A program made the position numbers and the translations under genes. The notes under the pieces were generated by a model. That model did no database searches. It was given only the letters and a program-made list of their open reading frames with translations, and was not told the origin of the DNA. DNA of 32,000 nucleotides, from assembly GCA_965219535.1 (NCBI GenBank), contig CBDCNV010000002.1:870001-902000 (forward strand), given 5' to 3'. This DNA comes from Opitutales bacterium. Lineage in GTDB: Bacteria > Verrucomicrobiota > Verrucomicrobiia > Opitutales > PNEW01. Shown piece after piece: positions 1-10,394 of the stretch. Each line of letters opens with the position of its first letter. The stretch's first letter is position 1.

Positions 1-2
1 GC

Positions 3-980
3 ATGCCTAAAAAGAAAAGTAAAAAAAAATCAGGCAAGACAGAAAAACGTAAGTTCGCTAAGCCGAAAGTTATCGTTAACACAACGGTGAAAGACTTGGA
101 AGCGTTGGGTGAGGCAAGCAAAACAGAAAAAGAACGTATTGGTTGGGCCAAAAAAATATTGGATGTACCCAGAGTTTGGCGTCGTACAAAGGGAGAAAAC
201 ATAAAAGTGGCGGTCCTCGATACCGGGGTGGACCCCGACCATGCTGATTTAAAAGATGCAATCATCGCGAAAAGAGATTTCACTGGCGATGGTATTGAAG
301 ATGAAGACGGGCATGGGACTCATTGTGCAGGGATTATAGCCGCGCGAAAAAATAAAAAAGGATTCGTCGGTGTAGCGCCGAAAGCAGAACTTTTGATTGC
401 AAAAGTTCTTGATAATGAAGGATACGGTGAAGTGGAGTGGATCTGTAAGGGCATTAACTGGGCTAAAAATAAAAGGGCAGACATCATATCCATGTCATTG
501 GGTTTTGAAGAATCAGATAATGATCTCTATAGAGCTATACAAAAGGCGTTAGCGGCAGGTGTTTTTATCCTATGTGCAGCTGGAAATGAGGGTGGGTTTT
601 CTATGAATAATATTGGCTACCCTGCACGCTATGGGGGTGTAATCACCGTCGCGGCTCATGATGAGGATGGTAATCGTTCAGGATTCTCATCGTCGGGCGG
701 AGAATTAGATGTGATGGCACCTGGAACCGATATATGGTCGACTTATAAAAAAGGTGAATATGCGTCATTAAGTGGGACATCGATGGCGACTCCATTTGTA
801 GCCGGCCTCGCCGCTTTAATTACATCAAAGCACAAGAGTAAGGATAAAAATAAGACCCCCTTAGATAATAATGAGGATTTAAAAACTCACTTATTGCGCA
901 TGGCAGCGCATCCTGGCTTTCACAATAATCAAACAGGTTACGGTCCTTTGAGACCTTTTCAATATTTCGATTCTAAATGA
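3..980 (+). CDS. Subtilisin-like (peptidase S8) serine protease
   Basis: 325-aa ORF with the ordered catalytic motifs VAVLDTGV (Asp), HGTHCAG (His), AAGNEG (oxyanion Asn) and SGTSMATP (Ser). N-terminus is Lys-rich with no obvious signal peptide. The ATG is 2 nt from the window edge, so the true start could lie upstream. Confidence 0.9.
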   Translation: MPKKKSKKKSGKTEKRKFAKPKVIVNTTVKDLEALGEASKTEKERIGWAKKILDVPRVWRRTKGENIKVAVLDTGVDPDHADLKDAIIAKRDFTGDGIEDEDGHGTHCAGIIAARKNKKGFVGVAPKAELLIAKVLDNEGYGEVEWICKGINWAKNKRADIISMSLGFEESDNDLYRAIQKALAAGVFILCAAGNEGGFSMNNIGYPARYGGVITVAAHDEDGNRSGFSSSGGELDVMAPGTDIWSTYKKGEYASLSGTSMATPFVAGLAALITSKHKSKDKNKTPLDNNEDLKTHLLRMAAHPGFHNNQTGYGPLRPFQYFDSK

Positions 981-997
981 ACGATAGGGACACTCTC

Positions 998-1085
998 AAA
1001 CGCGGTAGGGAACAACCGTCGCCAAGGCTATGGCCAACAGGCACCAGTGTTCCACCTAATTGCTTAACACTTAAAACTTAAAACT
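998..1085. repeat. Degenerate REP unit (family 1, with 30-bp loop module) followed by a heptad array
   Basis: aaacgcggtagggaacaaccgtcgccaaggctatggccaacaggcaccagtgttccacc aligns to the R-type REP units at 10441-10499, 15164-15222 and 16731-16792. It is followed by GCTTAAC ACTTAAA ACTTAAA heptads. Confidence 0.6.
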
Positions 1086-1102
1086 GATCGATAGATCACT
1101 TC

Positions 1103-3343
1103 TCACTCAATCGTAAGCTCTTCGACAGCCACCGTGATCTCATCGCCATCTTCATTGGCGAAGGTGGCGACAATACTCTGAGTCGGCTGAGGAGTGTTGT
1201 CAGACTTAAAGTTGTTCTGAGTGATCAAGGTATCAAATCCCGTTGTTGTTGATCCACTCTCCGCTACCACGACTGCGGCGCCGTTTGTCTGCAATAAATC
1301 ACCACCCGTGATTCGCAACCCTGGGTTGCCGGCTGCTACGGTGAAGGAACCTGATCCAAAGAGTAAGTGTGGGACCGCGTCGCCATTGGCATCGATGTCG
1401 CCGACGGTTAAGCGTACCGCGATCGATACCCCGCGTGCATCGACACCGACCTTGCCCGTGCTTCCACTAAAAGCGGCGTTCGACAGCTGCATGCCGCCCA
1501 TGCCAGTGGAATTTACAACTTCTACCAAAGTCACGTCTGCCTGCGCGTCATAGACCTGTCCCTCGGGGAAGAGCGCCTGGTTAACCGCGTTGATCGATCC
1601 CACGGTAAAGATACTGAAGAAGGTATTGGCGTCCGCTCCATCGATGACCACGCTCGGTTTACCCGTCACGTATTCCACCGCCTGGTTGTAGCGTGGGGGA
1701 ATGGCCGGGGGCAGGAAAGTGGCTGGATCGAGGGTTACCGTAAAGGAACCTGTGCCCGAGAACTCAACCTGCACAATGTCTTCAGTTTCATCCATGAAGG
1801 AGACACGGGTGATTTGTCCCGGTCTGGCTTGGAGCTGGATCGTTTCACCCGTAAGGAGAATCTGGTCAAAGATGTTTCCATTCGGATGCTGAATATTTTC
1901 TCCGGCGATATCACCTGTACCGTCAAGCACCAGAGGGACGGAGGGAGCCGCCACGGTGATGACTGCCGTTTCACTGTTTGCGCTGCCGCCGGCATTGGTA
2001 ATTTGCACCCAGAAATTCGTGCTCACAGTGAGCGCACCGGTAGTTAAGGTACCGCTCGTGGCGCCGGCCACGGGACTCGCGGTATCGCCGCTGTTGCCGC
2101 TATACCACTGGTAAGTCAGATCGTCACCGCTCGCAGCTACGGACAAGGCTATCGCGGTGCCGGACTGCACCTCCTGGCTCGCGGGCTGAGTGGTGATCGA
2201 TGGCGCGGTGGGACCTCCTCCATTGCCGCTGGTGGCTCCGATCGGAGTAAAACCAAAATCATCGAGCGCGATATGAGTAAAGCTGCCACTTATAGAAGAA
2301 ATGGCAGGACTGTTGGAATAAGTAATTTTCCCAATCCCTCCCGGGGCTCCCAATGCTTCCGCATTGAAATCAAAAAAGGTGAAGGGAACTTCAAATTCGA
2401 TGCTGATATTATCGGGTACATCTGTAGTTGAAGTGAGCAGGTTATCATTCGTGTCGAAGACTTCGATCAACGCGTCACCCTCTATTTCACGAACCGCATA
2501 AAATTGCACCTGTGCTGCGGGTGTTTCAAAAGTGATCGTTCCAACAAGTTCATTTTCAATTGCCCATATAGCTGAAGCATCCTGTCCGGCAGAAGTTCCA
2601 CCAGCGAAGAAAAGAGAGGGAAAGGTATGATTATAACGGGTCAATCCAGATGCACTTTGAACAAGTCCGCCCGTGAAAGTAGCAGATACGGGTGATACGC
2701 CGAGGGTAAAATTTGCCCGATTAGCAAAGACAGGACTGCTGAATTGTAAACCCTCAAAATCATCATAGACGGTGTTATTCGGCGGTCCCACCACATAGGT
2801 AAATCCAAGATCATCGATCGCGACTTGCCCGGAGGCATTTATGATTTTTAATTCTGTTATTCCATTCGTAAAATTGAGGTCACTGGGGTCGGCAGCATCT
2901 CCACTGAAGGCGACAAAACTTTGTAAGGGGGGATTAACACCGGGACTGATGTTAGTGGGTAAGCCTATCACCGTCCCTTGTTGAGTTATTACCGCAAAAT
3001 TCTTATCGCGTAATTCGATACGACCACCGCCCCCGGAGTCCGCCGCATAAAACTGGAGAGAATTAACACCCCGTTCAAAGAGGATTTTCCCTTCTGCAAC
3101 GCCGGTGGAAAGCATCAGGGCTTTACTCCCTGAGTGATAAAGAGCGGGGTTACCGACGGATACCAAATCAAAGCCAATCACTCGTATGCTATTGGGCGAT
3201 TCCCCGATGATGAATTCCGCTCCTTCTCCCGTTACATTTTCAAAATCGAAGAACGTGTTGAGGTCTTGGGGTGCGGCGGTAAGACAGAGGGAGTTGCCCA
3301 ATGACAATACAAGGAGCGTTAGACATTTTTTAATATTTATCAT
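1103..3343 (-). CDS. Secreted multidomain protein with an Ig-like domain; function unknown
   Basis: 746-aa ORF. N-terminal signal peptide (MINIKKCLTLLVLSLGNSLCLTAAP). Internal Ig-like segment (TTQPASQEVQSGTAIALSVAASGDDLTYQWYSG...FWVQITNAGGSANSETAVITV). The DDLGFT/DDFGFT motif is repeated. The C-terminal ~150 aa has a truncated paralog at 22141-22592. Confidence 0.8.
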   Translation of the reverse strand: MINIKKCLTLLVLSLGNSLCLTAAPQDLNTFFDFENVTGEGAEFIIGESPNSIRVIGFDLVSVGNPALYHSGSKALMLSTGVAEGKILFERGVNSLQFYAADSGGGGRIELRDKNFAVITQQGTVIGLPTNISPGVNPPLQSFVAFSGDAADPSDLNFTNGITELKIINASGQVAIDDLGFTYVVGPPNNTVYDDFEGLQFSSPVFANRANFTLGVSPVSATFTGGLVQSASGLTRYNHTFPSLFFAGGTSAGQDASAIWAIENELVGTITFETPAAQVQFYAVREIEGDALIEVFDTNDNLLTSTTDVPDNISIEFEVPFTFFDFNAEALGAPGGIGKITYSNSPAISSISGSFTHIALDDFGFTPIGATSGNGGGPTAPSITTQPASQEVQSGTAIALSVAASGDDLTYQWYSGNSGDTASPVAGATSGTLTTGALTVSTNFWVQITNAGGSANSETAVITVAAPSVPLVLDGTGDIAGENIQHPNGNIFDQILLTGETIQLQARPGQITRVSFMDETEDIVQVEFSGTGSFTVTLDPATFLPPAIPPRYNQAVEYVTGKPSVVIDGADANTFFSIFTVGSINAVNQALFPEGQVYDAQADVTLVEVVNSTGMGGMQLSNAAFSGSTGKVGVDARGVSIAVRLTVGDIDANGDAVPHLLFGSGSFTVAAGNPGLRITGGDLLQTNGAAVVVAESGSTTTGFDTLITQNNFKSDNTPQPTQSIVATFANEDGDEITVAVEELTIE

Positions 3344-3441
3344 TTGATTGCCTCATTGGATATTTTAGCGAACGGATAAAAAGCAGTTAACTTAGATTCC
3401 TCTCAATATCAAGATTCCTCCTTAATAATTATATTTTATTT

Positions 3442-6267
3442 TTAAAGAACAATCCGGACTTCCCTCAATTTAGGAGTCCCACACCCATAAGGCGAAATAA
3501 AGGTCGCTTTATATTGTAGCCATTGGGCATCACTTGGGATTCCTTCAATCGCTTCACCTGATGTTTCATAATAAGACTTGTCGCCATGTGGCCCCGACCA
3601 GGCGGCATCCTCTAATCCCTCTTCTGTTTCACTCCACCGGAGTTGGAATTTAATATTTAAAAGATCTGTCTCTTCACTTTCCCAATGGATGCGGCTCGCC
3701 TCTCTATTACCCAGCTCATAGGGGGGTGAAAAATAATGTTCTTCGGGCTTTCTCGTGTAGGCGTTACCGTGATCATAGGAATACATCCCATGGGGTCCCA
3801 ATCCGGGGAGTCGAGTCGGCTCGGTCGCAAAGAAACCATCGGGGCCATTCCAGTAAATCAATGAATCAACCTGGTGGCCGATGTCATCGCGGTGGCACGC
3901 CAGGACGATATCAATCCATCCATCTCGATTTAAATCAATTTGAATGACGTCCCCCGAGCCGTAGGCTTCAAAGTTTATAGGGTTCTCCAAGTCCAGCCCC
4001 TTCCCATTACCCCAGAATAACTGGGCGGGTGGGACTCTTGTCGTAGGTGTTGCATAGGCAGAGACCACGAGATCTAAATTGCCGTCATTGTTATAATCCG
4101 CGATGCCCGTATACCGGGCGCTGTATGCGCCAAAGTATTCCTGGATATTTTCGGGATCATAACCATCAGGGCTGCCGTAGAAGATACGGAGCGTGTCTTT
4201 ATGGCGGAGTCGGGTGCCAAGAATGCTCACAATCATGTCCAACCAGCCATCCTTATTCATGTCGGCAAAATTTAGTTTTACCACATCTCCCGTCGCGGCG
4301 CAGGGAAGGTATTGTCTGTTGTTTTTGGAAAAACCATCAACTTGACCAAAGTAAATCAGTAACCGGTCCCCAAAATCATGGAAGGCTATATCGATGTAGC
4401 CGTCATTATTGACATCACCGATCGCTGAGGTGAATCCGTGATTCTTTATGCGATCAATACGTGAATTGGAAAATCCGTCCGCCGATCCATAATAGATAAT
4501 CGACGATTTTTCAGGGTCATCCGTGATTTCTTTCACCAACGATACAGCGAGAAGATCGAGATACCCGTCACGATTAAAATCGGTGGTCTCCATATCGTAA
4601 TGGTCATGTCCCGTATGTAAATCGGTAAACTTTTCGGATCTTATCCCTTCGGGCACTCCCTCGTAGATGCGAAGTGCTTTGGGAATGCTGAATACTACTT
4701 CCGGGTAACCATCCAGGTTCAAATCGGCAATTAATGCGACATTGCTATGAAGGGTTTCCAGTTCAAGACGGTTTTTAACACTATACTCAGCTTCTGCGTT
4801 TCCCAGATAGACATAAGAGGGCACATGACTGACATGGCCATCATTGACATTGTTAAATATAACTTCAGGGATTCCGTCCCCGTCGAGATCCCCGGCGGTA
4901 TTTCCGATTACCCCAATCGTCGGAACCCAGCTTGTGTTGTCTTCGGAATAGCCGTCAGGCCCATTCCAATAGATAGGAGACTTCGTTCTGTATTCATTCC
5001 CCTCATAGTACTTGCTGATGATCAACTCGGGAAGTTCGTCACCGTCGAGATCGGCTGCTGTTATCCAGCGTGAATTCTTCACCCTAACCGTTGTTTTTAC
5101 TTTTTCCAGATCGTCACCGGAGCGAATCTGTACACCATCTGTGGTGGCAACTAGGAGGTCCGGGATGCCATCGGTATCGACATCCGCGATTTCAGTACGG
5201 ATTACGTCGCGGTTGAATTCCCCGGTGTGACCTGCCGCCTTAATGATCATCGGGTTCTCTGTATCTATGGCTCCGGTTTTATTCCAGAAAATGCTTAACT
5301 GACCACTGCCACTGAACGTAATGTCAATGTTCCCGTCACCGTTAAGATCTTCCAAGATGACCTGGCTCGCCCCATAAGTCGGTAAGATAAGTGGTTCCTC
5401 GGCATTTACGCCGTCCTTGGTTCCCCAGTATAATAACGATTCCGTATTGCGTTCAACACTTCCTACCCGGGAACTGGCCAAAACAATTTCTGCGTGGCCA
5501 TCATTATTCAGATCTCCTGTGGCGATTCCCACGGCTCCCGTTGCCATCATTCCATATTCCTTACCCTTATCTTCAAAGCTGCGGTTTTCGCCTTGTATAT
5601 AGACATGAGTTAAACGTGGCTTTGCCGGATTGTGGCTGTCTACCCACGCTGAAGGCAAGATCAGGTCAAGCCGCCCATCACGGTTAATGTCGACTGCAAT
5701 CACATCAAAGGACCCGATTGCATGTAGGTCGGTCCGGTCCGCTTCCAGACCCTCGGGTCCGCCCCAGTATATAAAAAAAGGCAATTCAGAGGTGATGCCA
5801 TCATGACCGATAACCGTTACCAGATCATTATGACCGTCACCGTCCACATCGATAACCTTGCTCATATACCCTCTATCCCTGGACATTTGGTGCAGCTTCC
5901 AATTTTCGCCCGAACTTTTTTTCTCGGGTGAGTAGACCCAGGTGGGACCGCGTTCGACTTTATCGTGCGAATTAGCGAGAACGATGTCGACATAGCCATC
6001 GCGGTTAACATCGAAATGATTGATGATCTCAATCTCTCCCTTGGCGTTCACATAAAGATTATTACCTGCGTTTTCAAATTGACCCTGGGAAAACCCATCA
6101 AAACCCTTATGCACCCAGACTTCCGGTGCCTTCATCTCCTCGACCTCCATCCGCGCTTTGCCCATGGAAAAAAGAGAGCTACTGAAAATTAGTGAGATGG
6201 CAATTGAAGCTATCGTTGAGCGTAACAGGTGGAGTGAATGGCTTGAGGTCGTGGTGTGTATTTTCAT
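3442..6267 (-). CDS. FG-GAP/VCBS repeat-containing secreted protein
   Basis: 941-aa ORF with an N-terminal hydrophobic signal/anchor and more than 10 copies of the Ca-binding-type D-x-N-x-D-G-x-x-D motif (DVNRDGYVDIV, DVDGDGHNDLV, DINRDGRLDLI, DLNGDGNIDI, DLDGDGIPEV and others). Confidence 0.85.
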   Translation of the reverse strand: MKIHTTTSSHSLHLLRSTIASIAISLIFSSSLFSMGKARMEVEEMKAPEVWVHKGFDGFSQGQFENAGNNLYVNAKGEIEIINHFDVNRDGYVDIVLANSHDKVERGPTWVYSPEKKSSGENWKLHQMSRDRGYMSKVIDVDGDGHNDLVTVIGHDGITSELPFFIYWGGPEGLEADRTDLHAIGSFDVIAVDINRDGRLDLILPSAWVDSHNPAKPRLTHVYIQGENRSFEDKGKEYGMMATGAVGIATGDLNNDGHAEIVLASSRVGSVERNTESLLYWGTKDGVNAEEPLILPTYGASQVILEDLNGDGNIDITFSGSGQLSIFWNKTGAIDTENPMIIKAAGHTGEFNRDVIRTEIADVDTDGIPDLLVATTDGVQIRSGDDLEKVKTTVRVKNSRWITAADLDGDELPELIISKYYEGNEYRTKSPIYWNGPDGYSEDNTSWVPTIGVIGNTAGDLDGDGIPEVIFNNVNDGHVSHVPSYVYLGNAEAEYSVKNRLELETLHSNVALIADLNLDGYPEVVFSIPKALRIYEGVPEGIRSEKFTDLHTGHDHYDMETTDFNRDGYLDLLAVSLVKEITDDPEKSSIIYYGSADGFSNSRIDRIKNHGFTSAIGDVNNDGYIDIAFHDFGDRLLIYFGQVDGFSKNNRQYLPCAATGDVVKLNFADMNKDGWLDMIVSILGTRLRHKDTLRIFYGSPDGYDPENIQEYFGAYSARYTGIADYNNDGNLDLVVSAYATPTTRVPPAQLFWGNGKGLDLENPINFEAYGSGDVIQIDLNRDGWIDIVLACHRDDIGHQVDSLIYWNGPDGFFATEPTRLPGLGPHGMYSYDHGNAYTRKPEEHYFSPPYELGNREASRIHWESEETDLLNIKFQLRWSETEEGLEDAAWSGPHGDKSYYETSGEAIEGIPSDAQWLQYKATFISPYGCGTPKLREVRIVL

Positions 6268-6321
6268 ATTATAATTATAAATGAGACGTAGTTGACCATT
6301 CCGATTCTTAAATATTTATAT

Positions 6322-7131
6322 CTACTTTTTTATTTCCTTTAACATTTTATTGGTGGCGTGCAGCGCGTTGCTGTAACCGTCTCTAAGCGCGTCGAGATCC
6401 TGAATGCAGTTAAGCCAACGAACTCCCTTCTTAATGACATTACGCATCGATTCGTTCGGTGCGACTGGGGTCCCCATAACTTTATCGTGATTGCGACAAG
6501 CGTCGCCGACTTTGTCATAGACTTCCAATATTTTTTCATGATTGATCGGGTGATCAGCTTCACCGACCACGCCGTAACTTTGTGAGAGATCGCCATGACC
6601 GACAAATAACAGATCTATGCCCTCGACCGCGGCAATAGCTTCGACATCATCGACACCTTCTTTATCTTCGATCATCACACCAAGTAGTGTATGTTCGTTG
6701 GCCTGTTCAACATACTCTTTCAACTCAAGCTTTCCATAGTGTGAATCTCGGCCTAATCCCATACCTCGCATGCCTACCGGTTGATATTTTGCCATGCTTA
6801 CAAAATGACGCGCGTCATCGGCACTTTTACAATGCGGCCAGATCAAACCACCGGCGCCCAGTTCCAGTGGCTTGATGACTTGGTTATAAGGTCCATGGGG
6901 AATGCGGACTATGGCATCGAGTTCAACCATGCGCGTGGCTATAATTAAATTCGATAGCCCTTCCAAGCTGAGGTGCGTGTGTTCAGTGTCAATCCACACG
7001 CTTTTGTAGCCCGCTTGAGCAACCATTTCGACTACGATTGGATCAAATACCCGATTAATATCCGCAAGAACGACCACTTCACCCCTGAGCATTGAGGCTT
7101 TGGTTTTATTAACCTTAAATTGAAGATTCAT
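6322..7131 (-). CDS. HpcH/HpaI-family aldolase (2-keto-3-deoxy-acid aldolase type)
   Basis: 269-aa ORF. WIDTEH motif, IVRIP, GAGGLIWPHCKSADDARHFV and YQPVGMRGMG match the layout of the HpcH/HpaI aldolase fold. Confidence 0.75.
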   Translation of the reverse strand: MNLQFKVNKTKASMLRGEVVVLADINRVFDPIVVEMVAQAGYKSVWIDTEHTHLSLEGLSNLIIATRMVELDAIVRIPHGPYNQVIKPLELGAGGLIWPHCKSADDARHFVSMAKYQPVGMRGMGLGRDSHYGKLELKEYVEQANEHTLLGVMIEDKEGVDDVEAIAAVEGIDLLFVGHGDLSQSYGVVGEADHPINHEKILEVYDKVGDACRNHDKVMGTPVAPNESMRNVIKKGVRWLNCIQDLDALRDGYSNALHATNKMLKEIKK

Positions 7132-7339
7132 ATTAATTAATCTTTTCCAAAATGCTTGCGATAATTAATCTACAGTGAGTCGGATCCATCAATCAAAGTC
7201 AAATCGGGTCTATTTTAGGTTGATTAGGTAATTACCGACTGACATCAATTATAAGTTAATAGAAAGGGTAAAAAAGTAATTCGATCGACTGATAATTCAG
7301 ACCAGTTAGCGATTCGACAATTAAGGAACACTAAATTAA

Positions 7340-7681
7340 TTGATGGAGGAGCATTTCTCGATGAACTCTAAGCAATATAAAGTAAATTTTAATGAACTAC
7401 CCTGGGAAGACCCGTCACCCGGTATGCGCGTTAAGACAGACGAAATCGAGGGCAAGCGGATTCGTTTCATTGAATTATCAAAAGCGTTCGTCGATAAAGA
7501 ATGGTGCACCAAAGCTCACCATGGATATATACTGGATGGAGAGCTTGAATTTAATTTCAATGGTAATTTGGTGAAGTATAGTGCGGGCGATGGATTGATG
7601 ATTCCTGGTGGCGAAGAGAGTAAACACAAGGCTACGGCCATCACCGATAGGGTGAGTATTATTTTAATTGAAGAAGTCTAG
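7340..7681 (+). CDS. Cupin-domain protein
   Basis: Small ORF with cupin-like strands (HHGYILDGELEFNFNG...YSAGDGLMIPGGEESKHKA). GGAGGA at 7345-7350 sits 10 nt before the ATG at 7361, so the real start is probably 7361 rather than the TTG at 7340. Confidence 0.65.
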   Translation: MMEEHFSMNSKQYKVNFNELPWEDPSPGMRVKTDEIEGKRIRFIELSKAFVDKEWCTKAHHGYILDGELEFNFNGNLVKYSAGDGLMIPGGEESKHKATAITDRVSIILIEEV

Positions 7682-7704
7682 GATCTTCTAACATTATCCT
7701 AAGC

Positions 7705-8547
7705 ATGCTATCGAGTACGGAGAGTGAAGAGAGAATTAGGCGAGGGCTGGATTTTATAAATGAAAACGGTTCGGGCCATACGAAGGCAATTGGCAATGCC
7801 ATCGTAAAACCGGAAATGGTGGATGAAGCGCTGAATACGCTGCGGCCGTTTCAGAATGCTGATGGAGGATGGCGGGGAATGGACAGTGATATGAAAGGGC
7901 CCCTCTCCACTATTTCCTGTACATGGGTAGCAATGCAATGGCTGACTTGGCTTGATTGCAAAGAATCGAAATATTTAATTAGAACCGTCAATTTTATTAA
8001 AGAGGTTCAAAATGAAAGCGGATACTGGGATGAACCGGAAGCGATATTAAAACACGATCCACCGCCCTGGATGGTTCCCGGAGATTACGCTAATCAGCTG
8101 TGGTTGACCTCTGCCATCTGCTGCCAGCTGATGGAGATAAATAAAACCTCTGAGGTTAATTTTAAAGCGGCCACTGATTTTCTCCGGGCGGGATGGGACG
8201 GTAAGCGGTTTCCCGTATACTCCCATACCCATTGGATGACAATCGTTATATTTTACCGTCTTCGCGAGGATTCAAAAATAAACGCAAATATTGCCGAGGG
8301 CAGTAAACAGATTTTAACCTCTGAAATTTTAGAAGGCAATGAAGAACCATTTGATTTAGTTGACATTGCCTACGCTTCGCTTCGGGTCGGAAACTGGGCG
8401 GAAGATTTATTGAAGTTATCTTTGGATAAACTGTTGGAAAATCAGGCAGAAGATGGCGGATGGACAACAAACTACGGAGATCAACATCGACCGATGGGAA
8501 CAGCAAAAGCAATCTACCTGCTTAAAATTTTACCCAAGTTAAACTAA
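7705..8547 (+). CDS. Prenyltransferase/squalene-oxidase-repeat-like (alpha/alpha toroid) protein
   Basis: 280-aa ORF with repeated QxxDGGW-type motifs (FQNADGGWRG, QNESGYWDE, QAEDGGWTTNYG). Confidence 0.5.
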   Translation: MLSSTESEERIRRGLDFINENGSGHTKAIGNAIVKPEMVDEALNTLRPFQNADGGWRGMDSDMKGPLSTISCTWVAMQWLTWLDCKESKYLIRTVNFIKEVQNESGYWDEPEAILKHDPPPWMVPGDYANQLWLTSAICCQLMEINKTSEVNFKAATDFLRAGWDGKRFPVYSHTHWMTIVIFYRLREDSKINANIAEGSKQILTSEILEGNEEPFDLVDIAYASLRVGNWAEDLLKLSLDKLLENQAEDGGWTTNYGDQHRPMGTAKAIYLLKILPKLN

Positions 8548-8576
8548 TATGACAGGAATTTTAGGGAATCACCGTT

Positions 8577-9047
8577 ATGGATAATGTTTTCTGGGTCATT
8601 CCTGAAAAACTGGCTGGGCGGCCCGGCCCTGATACGGAACCGTGGGACCTCACCTCCTTGCGAGAGGGTGGCATTGGTGCAATCCTCTCGGTAAACGATG
8701 GTCGATTGTGCGATATCAATGAGATTCAGACCCAGGGCATCAATTACCTGTGCACCCCTTTTTCAGACTATGCCCCGCCCATTCCCGGGAATGAAAAGAT
8801 TTGTCTGGCTGCTCTCCCCAAAGCTTATGCCTTTGCGAAGGATGAAATAGGAAAGGGGCACGCCGTTGTCGTACACTGTTCAGCGGGTAAAGATAGAACC
8901 GGACTGTTTCTCTCTTATTTCCTCATGCAGCAAGACGGGCTATCGCCAAAAGATGCGATGAAGGCTGTGCGAAAGGTTCGCCCCATAGCATTTACTGCCT
9001 GGGGATGGGGGCCGTTCGCCGAACTCGTGCTCGAAAGCTGTGTGTGA
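8577..9047 (+). CDS. Dual-specificity/tyrosine protein phosphatase (CX5R)
   Basis: 156-aa ORF with the active-site P-loop VVVHCSAGKDRTG (HCxxGxxR[S/T]). Confidence 0.85.
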   Translation: MDNVFWVIPEKLAGRPGPDTEPWDLTSLREGGIGAILSVNDGRLCDINEIQTQGINYLCTPFSDYAPPIPGNEKICLAALPKAYAFAKDEIGKGHAVVVHCSAGKDRTGLFLSYFLMQQDGLSPKDAMKAVRKVRPIAFTAWGWGPFAELVLESCV

Positions 9048-9054
9048 TATAAAA

Positions 9055-9290
9055 AATCTTCGTCTTCGTCATCGTCCAGTATAATATTAACAAGCTGAGA
9101 AAAAAAGAAAAAGAGACAAAGATGAAGAGTTAGACGAAACCCATCAGTAAGATAGATGTACGATATTTGATATACGATATGCGATCTATGAAGTAAGTTT
9201 AATACATCACAATTCAAACGTCGGATATCAAACATCGAATATCTCTTTCCCTGTTTGAAGTTTTAAAATATAATGACGAAGACGAAGATT
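9055..9290. repeat. 236-bp AT-rich non-coding unit bounded by 18-bp terminal inverted repeats AATCTTCGTCTTCGTCAT
   Basis: 9055-9072 aatcttcgtcttcgtcat and 9273-9290 atgacgaagacgaagatt are perfect reverse complements. The unit fills the phosphatase/P-loop intergenic gap. The same motif recurs at 10353-10368 and 11400-11415. Confidence 0.7.
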
Positions 9291-9291
9291 A

Positions 9292-10335
9292 TTGTGGTTA
9301 ACCATCGTCAATGATACTATTCAACATGCTATCCCTGAGATGATTGATACAAAGCTAATCCTCATAGAAGGACAACCGGGATCCGGTAAGTCCACGACAG
9401 CGCAGTATATAACTAAGCAGTGTGAAAAGAACAACATCGCGGCAAGATGGTATCACGAACAGGATAAGCAAGCGCTCGAAATATTAGATGCTCGAAGTGA
9501 TTTCTCCGAGGTAAAAATAGCTCAGTGGAAAGCGTTTGTCTCTAAAGCGAAAGAGAGTAAAAAGGTGAACATTCTCGACAGTCGATATTTAATGAACTCA
9601 GTCGGGTTTTTCTTTGCGATGGATGAAATGGCTCAGCTGGCCGAATTTGAATCCATGTGGGAGGATAGTGTTAAACCATTAAATCCCGTTTTTATCTATT
9701 TCTATCAAAGTGATGTGGAAAAATCGTTAAGAAAAACTTTCGATATTCGACGTGAAGATTGGGAAGAATGGGCATTTAAAAAAATTAACGAGGGAACCGC
9801 GTTTGGAAAGAGAAATAAATTAAAAGGTCTTGATGGCTTTGTGACCTTTTTTAAGGAGTTTCAAAAAGTCACAGACAAAATATTTGATAAATTCCGCGGC
9901 AGAAAATTAGCGATCGAAAATTCAGAAGGGGAGTGGGAGAAGTATTACGAACAGATCTCACAGTTATTAGCGTTACCCCTGATAGATGAAGAAATTCGAC
10001 CTGAAGTGGACTTGGAAATTTATGTGGGTAGATATAGAAAAGTAAACGGTGAGCTTGAATGTGAAATCGCGTTAGACGATGATTATTTATATATCTTTAA
10101 ATCTGAAGCGGACAAAATCGTAGCAAAAAAAGAAAATATACTCACCTCAATAGGTGCGCATAAGTTTTATATTAGAGAAAGACCGGATGACATAGGTTTC
10201 CAATTAAATAATGATGGAGTCGTCGATAAGATGACACGGAAAGGGGCTTGGTATGAAATTGAACAGCTGGGTCACCCGATTTCCGTCTGGGATAGAGATG
10301 CTAAAGATACAATTTTTATAAGAACTTCGGATTGA
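9292..10335 (+). CDS. P-loop NTPase/kinase-like protein with an uncharacterised C-terminal domain
   Basis: Walker A motif EGQPGSGKST near the N-terminus. The ATG at 9340 (MIDTKLILIEG...) is a more likely start than the TTG at 9292. The C-terminal ~110 aa (YVGRYRK...ECEIALDDDYLYIF...FQLNNDGVVDKM) looks like an added beta-rich domain. Confidence 0.7.
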   Translation: MWLTIVNDTIQHAIPEMIDTKLILIEGQPGSGKSTTAQYITKQCEKNNIAARWYHEQDKQALEILDARSDFSEVKIAQWKAFVSKAKESKKVNILDSRYLMNSVGFFFAMDEMAQLAEFESMWEDSVKPLNPVFIYFYQSDVEKSLRKTFDIRREDWEEWAFKKINEGTAFGKRNKLKGLDGFVTFFKEFQKVTDKIFDKFRGRKLAIENSEGEWEKYYEQISQLLALPLIDEEIRPEVDLEIYVGRYRKVNGELECEIALDDDYLYIFKSEADKIVAKKENILTSIGAHKFYIRERPDDIGFQLNNDGVVDKMTRKGAWYEIEQLGHPISVWDRDAKDTIFIRTSD

Positions 10336-10394
10336 TCTACTTTTTCATAAAAAATTTTCGTCTTCGTCCTTCCATTTATATTCTACAATAAAAA

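Noticed and set aside
8915-9235. 106-aa minus-strand ORF containing a DDDEDEDF acidic run.
   Set aside because: The acidic run is simply the TTCGTCTTCGTC repeat translated. The ORF spans the AT-rich TIR-bounded unit and overlaps the phosphatase 3' end. There is no RBS or motif.
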